Source: Arenicellales bacterium
GTDB lineage: Bacteria; Pseudomonadota; Gammaproteobacteria; Arenicellales; JAJDZL01
DNA length: 64,000 bases
Reading direction: 5' to 3'
NCBI GenBank assembly: GCA_965213865.1
Contig: OZ243928.1
Coordinates: forward strand, 2,106,828 to 2,170,827
Positions 27,964 to 36,606 of the stretch are shown one piece after another. The position numbers and the translations under genes were made by a program. Under the pieces are notes generated by a model that worked only from the letters and a program-made list of their open reading frames with translations, ran no database searches and had not been told where the DNA came from. Numbering within the stretch: the stretch's first letter is position 1; every line of letters starts with the position of its first letter.

Positions 27964-29981
27964 ATAGGACATCCCGGTCGCGGCCGCCAAGGAAAAAAAC
28001 GGCTGCGGCAACAAAGTCGGGAGTCATCGATTTTGTCAGCCATGCGAAAACCCGTGTTCGCACAAGAAGCGGCGAGATGTTTTTGCTATCTGAAGATGCC
28101 CGTCAATTCAGTCTCTTGCCAGGTGACAATATTGAGTTTGAGCTGCGCTCCCGTGCGCGAAGATCACACCGTTCAGCAGACAAGCAAGCGCATGTTGTCG
28201 GTGTGGAACGTGCTCCTGAGCATATTGCCGTGGTCCAGATCATCCGTTCTGTCCGACGCTCCTCAAATGCAGTTGAGCTGTTGCCAGTCGGGCTGCCGGG
28301 GGTTGGCAGTATCCAGATTTCATCGAAACCTTTGCCGCCCGATTGGCATGCGAAATATGCATTTGTAAAGATTTCGCTCGCGCCAGTAAATCGGACTAAA
28401 GCCATTGTGTGGCATTTGGTTGAGATCATCTCTGCATTGGATGCCCCCGCAGAAGTTGCGAATGCTGTGGCGCTGTCGCGTTACGGACTGAGCAATGACT
28501 GGCCAGCAGCCGTTTTGGAGGAAGTGAAGCGCATTTCACCAAAGATTCAGCAGGATGCCCTGACGAAAAGACAGGATTTTCGAAATATTCCGTTTGTCAC
28601 GATTGATCCGCCTGGCGCTCAAGATCATGATGACGCAATCTACTGTGAGACAGTCTCTGCGGATGTCTATCGATTGGTCGTGGCGATCGCGGACGTCAGC
28701 GACTATGTTGCAGCATCCTCAAAGATCAATGACGAGGCCCATCGGCGCAGCACATCAATCTATCTGCAGGACACTTCGCTTCCGATGCTGCCAGCAAGAC
28801 TGTCTGGCGATCTATGCTCGCTGCGCCCAGGCCTTGATCGTCTGGCTTTGTCGTGCGATATGAAAATCAACTCGAGCGGTGATATCGTTTCCTTTGAATT
28901 TGCGGCCGCTGTCATCCGGTCCCGATTGCGGCTGAGCTACGATGAGGTCAGTCCTGAGAAGACTGAAAAGTACGCTGCGGATATTCAATCGAGCTTGCGC
29001 AGTCTATTTGACTTGCATCAATGCCTGGCCGCCAATCGCAGAAACCGAAATGTCCTTGATCTTGAAATCCCTCAGCCCGTGCTGCATTTCAATGCCAATG
29101 CAGAGATAGCGGCCATTGATTGTTCGAAACGGCAAATATCACATAGCCTGGTTGAAGAGGCGATGCTGGCAGCGAATGTCTGTGCGGCCCGTTTTATCAG
29201 CAAAAACTATCCGCAAGAAGCCATGTATCGGGTGCACGATGCACCGACGAGCCGCAGCGCCGAGGATTTTGGAGCGCTGGTCAGCGGGCTTGGGTTGAGC
29301 GTGAATCAGCAAAATGACTTCACTCTAGGCGACTATGCTCACATTCTTGATCAAATTCATGATAACAGCGATTTAGCTGCTGCGGTTCATATTCACTTGC
29401 TCAGAAGCTTGTCCACGGCGGTCTATTCACCTCAAAGAGCGCCTCATTTCGCACTCAATTACCCTCTATACACGCACTTTACCTCGCCCATTCGGCGTTA
29501 TCCAGACTTGATTGTTCATCGCATGATCAAAAATCTGCTGAGGAAAAATGATCGCTACCATCCAGCCGCTGCGCTGAGCACGATTGCCGCTGACGCATCA
29601 TATCGTGAAAGACGTGCCGAAGCTTGCGCCCGAGAGGCAGAAAAGTGGCTTGTCACCGGCTATATGAAGAACTTCATCGGCCAAGTGTTTGCGGGTGTCG
29701 TGGTCGATGTGAAGCGTTTTGGGCTATTTGTACAGCTGGATGCCCCTTATGTGGACGGTTTGGTCGCTATTGAGGGATTGGGCAGTGAATACTTTGGGTA
29801 CGATGATTCCAAAAGACAGCTGCTGGGTGAGAAATCCGGACGAACTTACCGTATTGGCATGCGTGTTGAAGTTTGGCTGACTGGAGTCGATCAGGAGCTC
29901 GGGCATATTGATTTTGAACTGACCGATGTGCCGCAGGCTAGTGGCAGTCGCCGCCGCAGAAAACGCAGAAGAAAAAGATGA
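27960..29981 (+). CDS. rnr: ribonuclease R (RNB family 3'-5' exoribonuclease)
   Basis: Has the RNB motif FVTIDPPGAQDHDDAIY, HFALNYPLYTHFTSPIRRYPDLIVHR, a C-terminal S1 domain and an RRRRKRRRK tail. Followed by rlmB. Confidence 0.85.
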   Translation: MNRTSRSRPPRKKTAAATKSGVIDFVSHAKTRVRTRSGEMFLLSEDARQFSLLPGDNIEFELRSRARRSHRSADKQAHVVGVERAPEHIAVVQIIRSVRRSSNAVELLPVGLPGVGSIQISSKPLPPDWHAKYAFVKISLAPVNRTKAIVWHLVEIISALDAPAEVANAVALSRYGLSNDWPAAVLEEVKRISPKIQQDALTKRQDFRNIPFVTIDPPGAQDHDDAIYCETVSADVYRLVVAIADVSDYVAASSKINDEAHRRSTSIYLQDTSLPMLPARLSGDLCSLRPGLDRLALSCDMKINSSGDIVSFEFAAAVIRSRLRLSYDEVSPEKTEKYAADIQSSLRSLFDLHQCLAANRRNRNVLDLEIPQPVLHFNANAEIAAIDCSKRQISHSLVEEAMLAANVCAARFISKNYPQEAMYRVHDAPTSRSAEDFGALVSGLGLSVNQQNDFTLGDYAHILDQIHDNSDLAAAVHIHLLRSLSTAVYSPQRAPHFALNYPLYTHFTSPIRRYPDLIVHRMIKNLLRKNDRYHPAAALSTIAADASYRERRAEACAREAEKWLVTGYMKNFIGQVFAGVVVDVKRFGLFVQLDAPYVDGLVAIEGLGSEYFGYDDSKRQLLGEKSGRTYRIGMRVEVWLTGVDQELGHIDFELTDVPQASGSRRRRKRRRKR

Positions 29982-30730
29982 ATCAGGTATTTGGGATTCA
30001 CGCAGTGCGAACGGTATTGTGTCAACATTCCTCGAATGTGAAAACTGTATTGCTGAGCGAGAATCGGAAGGATGGCCGATTGATGGAGCTTGAGCAATTG
30101 GCGCAGGGTCGCGGTATCGCTGTACAGAAAGTCGCTGTCAGACAGCTGAATGAGCTCGCTTGCGGATTGCGCCACCAAGGGGCGGTTGCGATGTGTCATG
30201 CAGTCGCGCGGGCCGATGAAAAAATCAAGATTGCCGAGTGGTGTGAGGCGTTAGGTGAAAGTCCATTGATTGTGGCGCTGGATTCTATTCAGGATCCCCG
30301 TAACTTGGGCGCTTGTATCCGAAGCGCGAATTGTGCAGGTGCGGCGGTCGTGATTCCCAAGCGAAAAGGAGCGCCGATAACTGAAACCGTATCAAGAACT
30401 GCGGCAGGTGCGGTCGAGTCAACACCTATTTACGAGTCGACCAACCTGGCCCGAGATCTCGATTTGCTGAAGCAAAAAGGATTTTGGGTGATTGGCCTGG
30501 ATGCGAAAGCGCGGCAATCGGTCTACGCGACCGATTTGCAGGATGCATGTGTGCTGGTGTTCGGCAGCGAAGATCAAGGCTTGCGCCGCCAGACAGCTGT
30601 CAAGTGCGACGTACTTGTGCAGGTGCCGCTCGCAGGCTGTATTGAAAGTTTGAACGTATCCGTGGCAGTCGGTGTTGTCGCCTTTGAAGCGCGGCGCCAG
30701 CGCCAGGCCGCGACTGCATCAAGCGAGTGA
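29978..30730 (+). CDS. rlmB: 23S rRNA (guanosine-2'-O-)-methyltransferase RlmB (SpoU/TrmH family)
   Basis: Contains LDSIQDPRNLGACIRSA, LVFGSEDQGL and ESLNVSVA. Its start overlaps the rnr stop by 4 nt. Confidence 0.85.
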   Translation: MNQVFGIHAVRTVLCQHSSNVKTVLLSENRKDGRLMELEQLAQGRGIAVQKVAVRQLNELACGLRHQGAVAMCHAVARADEKIKIAEWCEALGESPLIVALDSIQDPRNLGACIRSANCAGAAVVIPKRKGAPITETVSRTAAGAVESTPIYESTNLARDLDLLKQKGFWVIGLDAKARQSVYATDLQDACVLVFGSEDQGLRRQTAVKCDVLVQVPLAGCIESLNVSVAVGVVAFEARRQRQAATASSE

Positions 30731-31741
30731 GCCAGTACAGCTGCTGCCGCTTCCCGCCGTGCAGCCAAAGCAGTGAGAGCCGACTGCGATGACTTCATCA
30801 AGGATATTGTCCATTTCAACATCCCAAAGGAATCGTGGCTGCCTCCAGCCCGCATGCATCCCCAGCATCTGATTGAAGTCGCAATCAAAGATTCTGCCAA
30901 GCCAATCAACACTGATGATGTGCCGGCACATCAGTCCGTCAATGGTCGCCGGATTAAAATTATCGCTTAGCAAATCAAGATAAGTGTCATATTGGCTGTT
31001 GCTTCTCAGATAGTGGCTGAAGCGGCTGATCGGCAGGTTGGTCAGGGTGAACAGCTGGTTGAACTGGATTTGAAAATCTTCACTCAAGCGGCGCTTGTAG
31101 GCTGCCTCAAGCTCGCTTTGAGCGGGTGGAAGAAATGCGCCATTCGGGTTGTAAACAAGATCCAGCGTCAGTTCGGGGTCGATTCCATAGCCGTTCTGAT
31201 TGAGCTGCTGCAGACCTCGAATGCTCAGTTCGAATACACCTTTGCCGCGCTGCGCTTCCAGATTTTCTTTGGTATAGCAAGGCAGCGAGCAAATGAGCTT
31301 GACGCGATTGGCCGCGTACCACGAGGCAAGGTCGTCTTGATCGGGCTCAAACAGCACTGTCAGGTTGCAGCGTGAGATCACTTCAGCCCCGGTCGATCGC
31401 AATGATTCAACAAAATCTCGGAAACCAGGCACCATTTCGGGTGCGCCGCCGGTAATGTCGATCGTTTTGATTTCGTTTTTCAATACCCATTGAATGATAT
31501 TGAACATGGTTTCTCGGGACATAATCTCAGTTCTTTTCGGTCCCGCGTCCACATGGCAGTGATTGCAGGCCTGGTTGCAAAGCTTGCCGACATTGATCTG
31601 CAGATCTCTGATTTGCTCCCGTCGCAGCTGATTGACACCGCTTCTGCGCAAAGCGGCAGTGAAATTATGTTTGGTGTTATGGGTCTCGCGGATGCCGTTT
31701 GAGGCGGCATCCGCGATGACAACAGCAGCCAGATCGCTCAT
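30719..31741 (-). CDS. radical SAM / Cys-rich C-terminal domain protein, ArsS-like (arsenosugar-biosynthesis rSAM family)
   Basis: Has the CNQACNHCH (Cx3Cx2C) cluster motif, ITGGAPE, LTNLPISRF and a C-terminal HCFGCTAGSGSSCTG. Co-directional with the doxX gene and 24 bp downstream of it. Confidence 0.7.
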   Translation of the reverse strand: MSDLAAVVIADAASNGIRETHNTKHNFTAALRRSGVNQLRREQIRDLQINVGKLCNQACNHCHVDAGPKRTEIMSRETMFNIIQWVLKNEIKTIDITGGAPEMVPGFRDFVESLRSTGAEVISRCNLTVLFEPDQDDLASWYAANRVKLICSLPCYTKENLEAQRGKGVFELSIRGLQQLNQNGYGIDPELTLDLVYNPNGAFLPPAQSELEAAYKRRLSEDFQIQFNQLFTLTNLPISRFSHYLRSNSQYDTYLDLLSDNFNPATIDGLMCRHIISVDWLGRIFDCDFNQMLGMHAGWRQPRFLWDVEMDNILDEVIAVGSHCFGCTAGSGSSCTGSLA

Positions 31742-31765
31742 CCTTCACTCCATGTGACGGGTAAT

Positions 31766-32248
31766 TTATGCAAAGTATTTCTTGCGAACAAAGTAATCAA
31801 TCGATATGCGGCCGGGTCCTCTTAAGGCCAGTACCAGCAGCATCAGGCCCCAAAGCTGGTGCTGCTCGACCCCCGCGGCATTGAGAGTCGGATAGGAAAT
31901 GACCGCCATGGCATTGAAAAGGAAAAGGGCGCCGGCTGATATTCTGCCTGCGAGCCCGAAAGCCAGGAGCACAGGCAGTACTAATTCTGCGCCGATGGCC
32001 ATGTAGGCTGCGACCTGATACGGCAAGATGGGCACAGCATATTCATACTGAAACAAAAACAGTGTCGTGTCAACATTCGCAATTTTCGTGAGTCCAGCTT
32101 TCCAGAAGATGTTCGCAACCCAGAGGCGCAGCAGCAAATCGCCGACCGGCGCGGCACAATCCAAATAGCACACTGCTTTGTGCCATAACTTTCCAATAGT
32201 TGAATCTTTTAACATTTTTATCCTGCCTGGCAAATAAAGATAAATCAT
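31766..32248 (-). CDS. DoxX family membrane protein (fourth gene of the bufferin-type operon)
   Basis: Four TM helices with RLWVANIFWKAGLTK. The ATG overlaps the upstream stop (ATGA). Confidence 0.75.
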   Translation of the reverse strand: MIYLYLPGRIKMLKDSTIGKLWHKAVCYLDCAAPVGDLLLRLWVANIFWKAGLTKIANVDTTLFLFQYEYAVPILPYQVAAYMAIGAELVLPVLLAFGLAGRISAGALFLFNAMAVISYPTLNAAGVEQHQLWGLMLLVLALRGPGRISIDYFVRKKYFA

Positions 32249-33030
32249 ATCGATGACGAACCGATCGATATACCTGCTATTGTACGAAGTGAGAAGAGTC
32301 GATGCAGTCCTAACTGCAAATCATAATGTGGATCGTTTTCCAAAAGCTGTGTGACCGCATCGCCTAGAACGGTTCCATTGACGAGCAGACGGGCGAATTC
32401 ATACAGAGTCTTCTCCATGCGAAACACGTTGGTTTCATCATGCTGGCGCAACACCATCACGCATTGCGGCGCAGACTCCGGATCCGGTGCGGGATGCTCG
32501 CTATCCGGCTGTTTTGCAAATCGCCAGATATCGAATACAGGATAGCGTGATTGCAGCAAGCGCACTGAGGGATGCAGCTGCAGCCTCAGATCTGCATGCT
32601 GCTCCGGGGCAAATGAACCGAGTTGCGAGATGTCGCAGGGATCGGCTGAGTCCGAATGAAAAGCCTCGTGTGTGAACCAGTCTACCTTTGAGACATCTGC
32701 AAGGTATGGCAGACTGCTCAGCTGTGGAAATGACGAGATGAACTCTGGCAGGCAGGCGCCCACATCCAGAATATTGCCGCTTTCGGGCGGATGCGTCTCA
32801 AGATAGCGCTTGGCCAAATGCTTGAAAAAATCACCGCCGACAAGTGCGTATGTGGCCGGATAAATGTCTTGCAGGGCTTCGCGCAGGGTGAATCTGATGT
32901 TATTGCGATACACTTGCAGTCTGCGGGCGGGCTCAAGGCCTCTGCCAACGACATCGGAAGCAATGGCGGAGCTGATATTTTCGCGCAGCACAGCACTTGC
33001 GAACTGGCGCTGCAATTCATGCAACTGCAT
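32245..33030 (-). CDS. DUF2063 family protein (BufC-like partner of the MNIO enzyme)
   Basis: 261 aa containing LQRQFASAVL..RRLQVYRNNIR..L..IYPATYALVGGDFF. Overlaps the DUF692 gene by 14 nt. Confidence 0.7.
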   Translation of the reverse strand: MQLHELQRQFASAVLRENISSAIASDVVGRGLEPARRLQVYRNNIRFTLREALQDIYPATYALVGGDFFKHLAKRYLETHPPESGNILDVGACLPEFISSFPQLSSLPYLADVSKVDWFTHEAFHSDSADPCDISQLGSFAPEQHADLRLQLHPSVRLLQSRYPVFDIWRFAKQPDSEHPAPDPESAPQCVMVLRQHDETNVFRMEKTLYEFARLLVNGTVLGDAVTQLLENDPHYDLQLGLHRLFSLRTIAGISIGSSSI

Positions 33031-33871
33031 TGCTTTTGATACCGGTTAGATAACTGCGTGCAATGGCGGCTTCGTCAAGCAAAACAGAGAATTCAGGCAA
33101 ATCTTTATCCCACTCAATCAGTGTGGGTGCCGCAATGCGCTGGCCTATCGCATATTCATACAAATCCCACACTTGATTACATACCCGCTGGTCATGGGTA
33201 TCAATCCGAATCTCGCCTTCTGGAAACTGTTTCAGGGTGTGACCTGCCAAGTGGATCTCGCCTACTGCCTGTGCATTGACGCGATCAATAAACGCGGTTG
33301 CCGAGAATTGATGATTGCTGGCGTTCACGAAGATATTATTGATGTCGAGCAGCAATCCACATCCGCTTCTCGCACAAACCTCATTCACGAATTCCCATTC
33401 CGGCATCTGCGAATGGGAAAATTCAAGGTAGGTCGAAGCATTTTCGACAAGAATCTGGCACCCTAGATAGTCTTGGGTCTCAATGATGCGCGCACTGAGG
33501 TGCTGAATCGCTTCCTCAGTCATCGGCAGCGGCAGCAGATCATGCAGGAAAACGCCGTCAACTGAGCTCCAGGACAGGTGCTCTGAAACCAATGCAGGCT
33601 GATATTGCTCAATCAGCTGTCTCAAGCGGCGCAGGTGATTGCGATCAAGCGGGTCGGCTGAGCCGAGCGAGAGTCCAACTCCGTGGAAACTTAAAGGATA
33701 GTTTTTGCGGATCTGTGTCAGGTGGCTATGAGGTGTTCCGCCGAGTCCGAAATAGTTTTCGCTGTGAACTTCATACCAGTCGACGGGGTGTCGTTTTGAA
33801 ACAGCTTCCTGGCAGTGCTCGCCACGCAGCCCGATTCCAATCGCGTCTGATGGAATCGGGCCGGTGGACAT
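33017..33871 (-). CDS. DUF692 / multinuclear non-heme iron oxidase (MNIO, MbnB/BufB-like)
   Basis: Contains IGIGLRGEH..WYEVHSENYF..SFHGVGLSLGS..VSEHLSW..VENAS..LLLDINN..EIHLAGH. Confidence 0.85.
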   Translation of the reverse strand: MSTGPIPSDAIGIGLRGEHCQEAVSKRHPVDWYEVHSENYFGLGGTPHSHLTQIRKNYPLSFHGVGLSLGSADPLDRNHLRRLRQLIEQYQPALVSEHLSWSSVDGVFLHDLLPLPMTEEAIQHLSARIIETQDYLGCQILVENASTYLEFSHSQMPEWEFVNEVCARSGCGLLLDINNIFVNASNHQFSATAFIDRVNAQAVGEIHLAGHTLKQFPEGEIRIDTHDQRVCNQVWDLYEYAIGQRIAAPTLIEWDKDLPEFSVLLDEAAIARSYLTGIKSNAVA

Positions 33872-33893
33872 TACTTCATGCGTAAGGGATCAA

Positions 33894-34154
33894 TTACGAC
33901 ATTTTTTCGGTGCTTCCACCAACTAATTTGTCGCACAGTCCTTTCGGGACCAATACCCAGGCATCCCCCTGATTGTCGGCTGTTGACGTGCCTGCACAAG
34001 AACTGTTGGCGGTCTGGCAGTCGTTGTGGCCGGCTTTGGCTACACCGTAGCATTTTTCCATTTCTTCAGCGCTGGCAGTGGTTGCGATGGACAGAGTGCC
34101 AAGGGCAAGTGCGCCAGAAATAGCAGCAGAAACAAGAGCTTTTTGAGTTTTCAT
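33894..34154 (-). CDS. DUF2282 / BufA1-type signal-peptide-bearing RiPP precursor (bufferin family)
   Basis: 86 aa. A Sec signal peptide (..TTASA) is followed by EKCYGVAKAGHNDCQTANSSCAGTS..WVLVPKGLCDKLVGG with four conserved Cys. Confidence 0.8.
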   Translation of the reverse strand: MKTQKALVSAAISGALALGTLSIATTASAEEMEKCYGVAKAGHNDCQTANSSCAGTSTADNQGDAWVLVPKGLCDKLVGGSTEKMS

Positions 34155-34316
34155 TTGGAATCTCTCCTAAAATTTATAAAAATAATTCCCCGTCTTTGAC
34201 AGAGCGATAGTTGATTTGTTTGCTGGAAAGCGATTTTATTTCGTTGCTTGTTTTCCTCCAGCTGAGAAGGAATTATAGATTGTTGTATTGGCGGCAATCG
34301 GCAAAATGCCGGTCCC

Positions 34317-34520
34317 AAATCGGCACGTTCAATGCTGAGGGCGAAGACGGGGCGCCGAATGCGTCGATTCGACCTGCCCGGCCGCACCGGATTCCGTTCC
34401 GGCCGCGCCTTCAGCGTCGCATTTTCCACCAAACCTGCAGATGCGACGCGGTCGCGCTGCTTCTCGCCTCCGGCCAGCAGCGCCACCCAGCGCTGCAGGG
34501 CGAATTTTTGTTCGGCCTAT
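34317..34520 (+). repeat. copy R2 of a recombinase-5'-end repeat family (R1 at 20609, R3 at 43798 on the - strand)
   Basis: All three copies start at the same nucleotide string ccaaatcggcacgttcaatgc(t/c)gagggcga..., while the sequence outside that point is unrelated. Confidence 0.75.
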
Positions 34521-34599
34521 GAGTATGAAATGAAATCAATATCAGCGGATTCTGGACTTTTGCCGCTGCTTTGCGCATATTGCCGCCATCGATGATCAA

Positions 34600-35744
34600 G
34601 CTGGACGGTGACGGATGAATCTGTCAGAGCTGGCCATTGTGCCGGTCGCCCGCGATGAAGAGGCTGAATTCCGGTCTCTGATGCGGCGGCATCACTGCCT
34701 CGGGGCACCCTGCAAGATCGGCGAGAGCGCGTTCTATGCCGCGGTCTGGCGGGGCGAGCGGCCGCCCTGAAAAGCGCGACCCGTGACCGCCAGCCAAGGC
34801 TGCACCTGATCACCAGCCAGAGCCGGTTCCTGGCTCTTCGGCGGATGGCGAATCTGGCCTCGCGGCCGGCGCGGGCGGCGCTGCCGCCTGGAGACGCTGC
34901 TGGCCATCGCGGCGGCCACGCTGTGCGGCGCCAAAGGGTATCTGGAGATCAACCGAATGGATCGAGGCGCAGTCCGACCGGGTGCCGCGAAAGTATTTCA
35001 AGGCCGGCCTGCGCCGCGGCCGGGTCCAGCGCCCGAGCACGTACTGCATCCGCAATGCGCTGATCCACACGGACACCCGGCAGATCGATGCCGCGCTGCG
35101 GCGGTGGAGCCGGTCGGCTGACGGCGGCGAGGCGATTGCCATTGACGACAAGACGATGCGAAAGGCGATGGATGACAACGGCCGCCAGATTCATGTGCTC
35201 GGCGTCTGCGGGCATGACACGCGCATGCATCTGGGTAAAAAAAGATGCAGCTCGACCCGGGCGCCGCCAATCAGGTTAAATACACCAATGAGATCGCCTC
35301 AATGGCCATGTCCGATTCCCTCATGTCGGGTTGGCGTTCGCGGTGAAAAGACAGGTTCATCACTTAAACGGCAAAAAGCCCGACACCGTTGAGATTGCCT
35401 TTGGCGCGACCTCTGTACATAACAGTTCAGCAACCGCTGAGGAAATACTCTCGACAAACCGAAACCACTGGTCAGTTGAAGCGGCTCACAACGTATTGAA
35501 CAATCGAAATGGATTCGATGAGGATGCGTGCAAGGCTCGAAGCGACAATGGGCCTGAAAACTTAGCCTGCATGAGACGCTTTGCGCTGACTGTGTCTAGA
35601 CATTGTCAGAAGATCAATGACAGGCCGATCGCCGAACAGCTGCAGCATCTGAGTATGAATCCCAGGCGAGTGATGGATATCTTGAGACTCACGGGCAATA
35701 CCAAACCGAAGTTATGCCAGCGCGAATGGCTGCTTGCAGCTTGA
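34600..35744 (+). mobile_element. degraded transposase gene: DUF4338-like N-terminal part plus ISAs1-family DDE part (multiple frameshifts)
   Basis: ELAIVPVARDEEAEFRSLMRRHHCLG (DUF4338-like), then AIAIDDKTMRKAMDDNGRQIHVLG, then NRNHWSVEAAHNVLNNRNGFDEDACKARSDNGPENLACMRRFAL (ISAs1 DDE C-terminus). These lie in different frames. Confidence 0.6.
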
Positions 35745-36015
35745 CAAGGCAAACCAATAGCTCTTCGATTCCATGCTGCCTTGAGTGCGGCAGGTGTCAG
35801 CACGTGCTGAGTTTGAAATAGACGATGAAACGAATAGAAAAATCCGCTTGGCGGCATAAAAATGACAGCTCAGTGAAACGCAATTCGAGGATCAATCCGC
35901 CTTGTCAAAAAAACACCCTCAAACTGGGGCACCTTACTCCGTCCAAAAAAAGAATAAATTCACCTTGATTTTTATTATAATCCAAAAATTATAATCTGAC
36001 TTTAAGGATAAAACT

Positions 36016-36606
36016 ATGAAACAATCCCAGAATCCCCCCCCCCTCGCTAGACTGGCAGCCCTTCTATTGCTTCTAGCAATGGCAATCCCGGCGGGGGCTC
36101 AGACGACGATCCGGGAGGGGAATGATATACTAGTAAATATGGAAATTCAGAATAATAAAATGGGAACTGAGGCGCGAGTTGCCGCCGCACTCGCGGCAAG
36201 AAACAGCATCCCTGTAGGTTGTGGCGTGGCAGGGAGTGACGCTTGCTTCACTATTGAGAGAGTCTGGCCATCTGCCGCATACATTCGGATAACAGCCGTC
36301 GCGGACGATTGTAGAAACGGTACTGCAGCGAGACAGGTGACAGTCGACAGCACAACCTATCAACATCAGGATGATGATTGGTATCCGAGGTATACATGCG
36401 CAAATCCACAAGTTATGACCAAGTATAACCAAGACTATAGACATGGATATAGAGATACTTGCAGGGCGCATGAAATATCTAGTGGTCAAGAGTGCTTAGC
36501 CAAGTGTCTTGATACACAGATTTGGCGTGAAGCAGGTTGGATCCCACTAGGCGGAACCGAAATAAGCAGGGTGGGAGCTAATGGTGCCTGCGAAACTTGG
36601 AAGTAA
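36016..36606 (+). CDS. phase-variable-leader secreted Cys-rich protein, family member C (in frame, C10 tract)
   Basis: MKQSQN + C10 (36034-36043) reads through as PPPLARLAALLLLLAMAIPAGA/QTT. The mature part is ~170 aa with 8 Cys. A TATAAT-like element lies ~35 nt upstream, and a hairpin follows the stop. Confidence 0.6.
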   Translation: MKQSQNPPPLARLAALLLLLAMAIPAGAQTTIREGNDILVNMEIQNNKMGTEARVAAALAARNSIPVGCGVAGSDACFTIERVWPSAAYIRITAVADDCRNGTAARQVTVDSTTYQHQDDDWYPRYTCANPQVMTKYNQDYRHGYRDTCRAHEISSGQECLAKCLDTQIWREAGWIPLGGTEISRVGANGACETWK

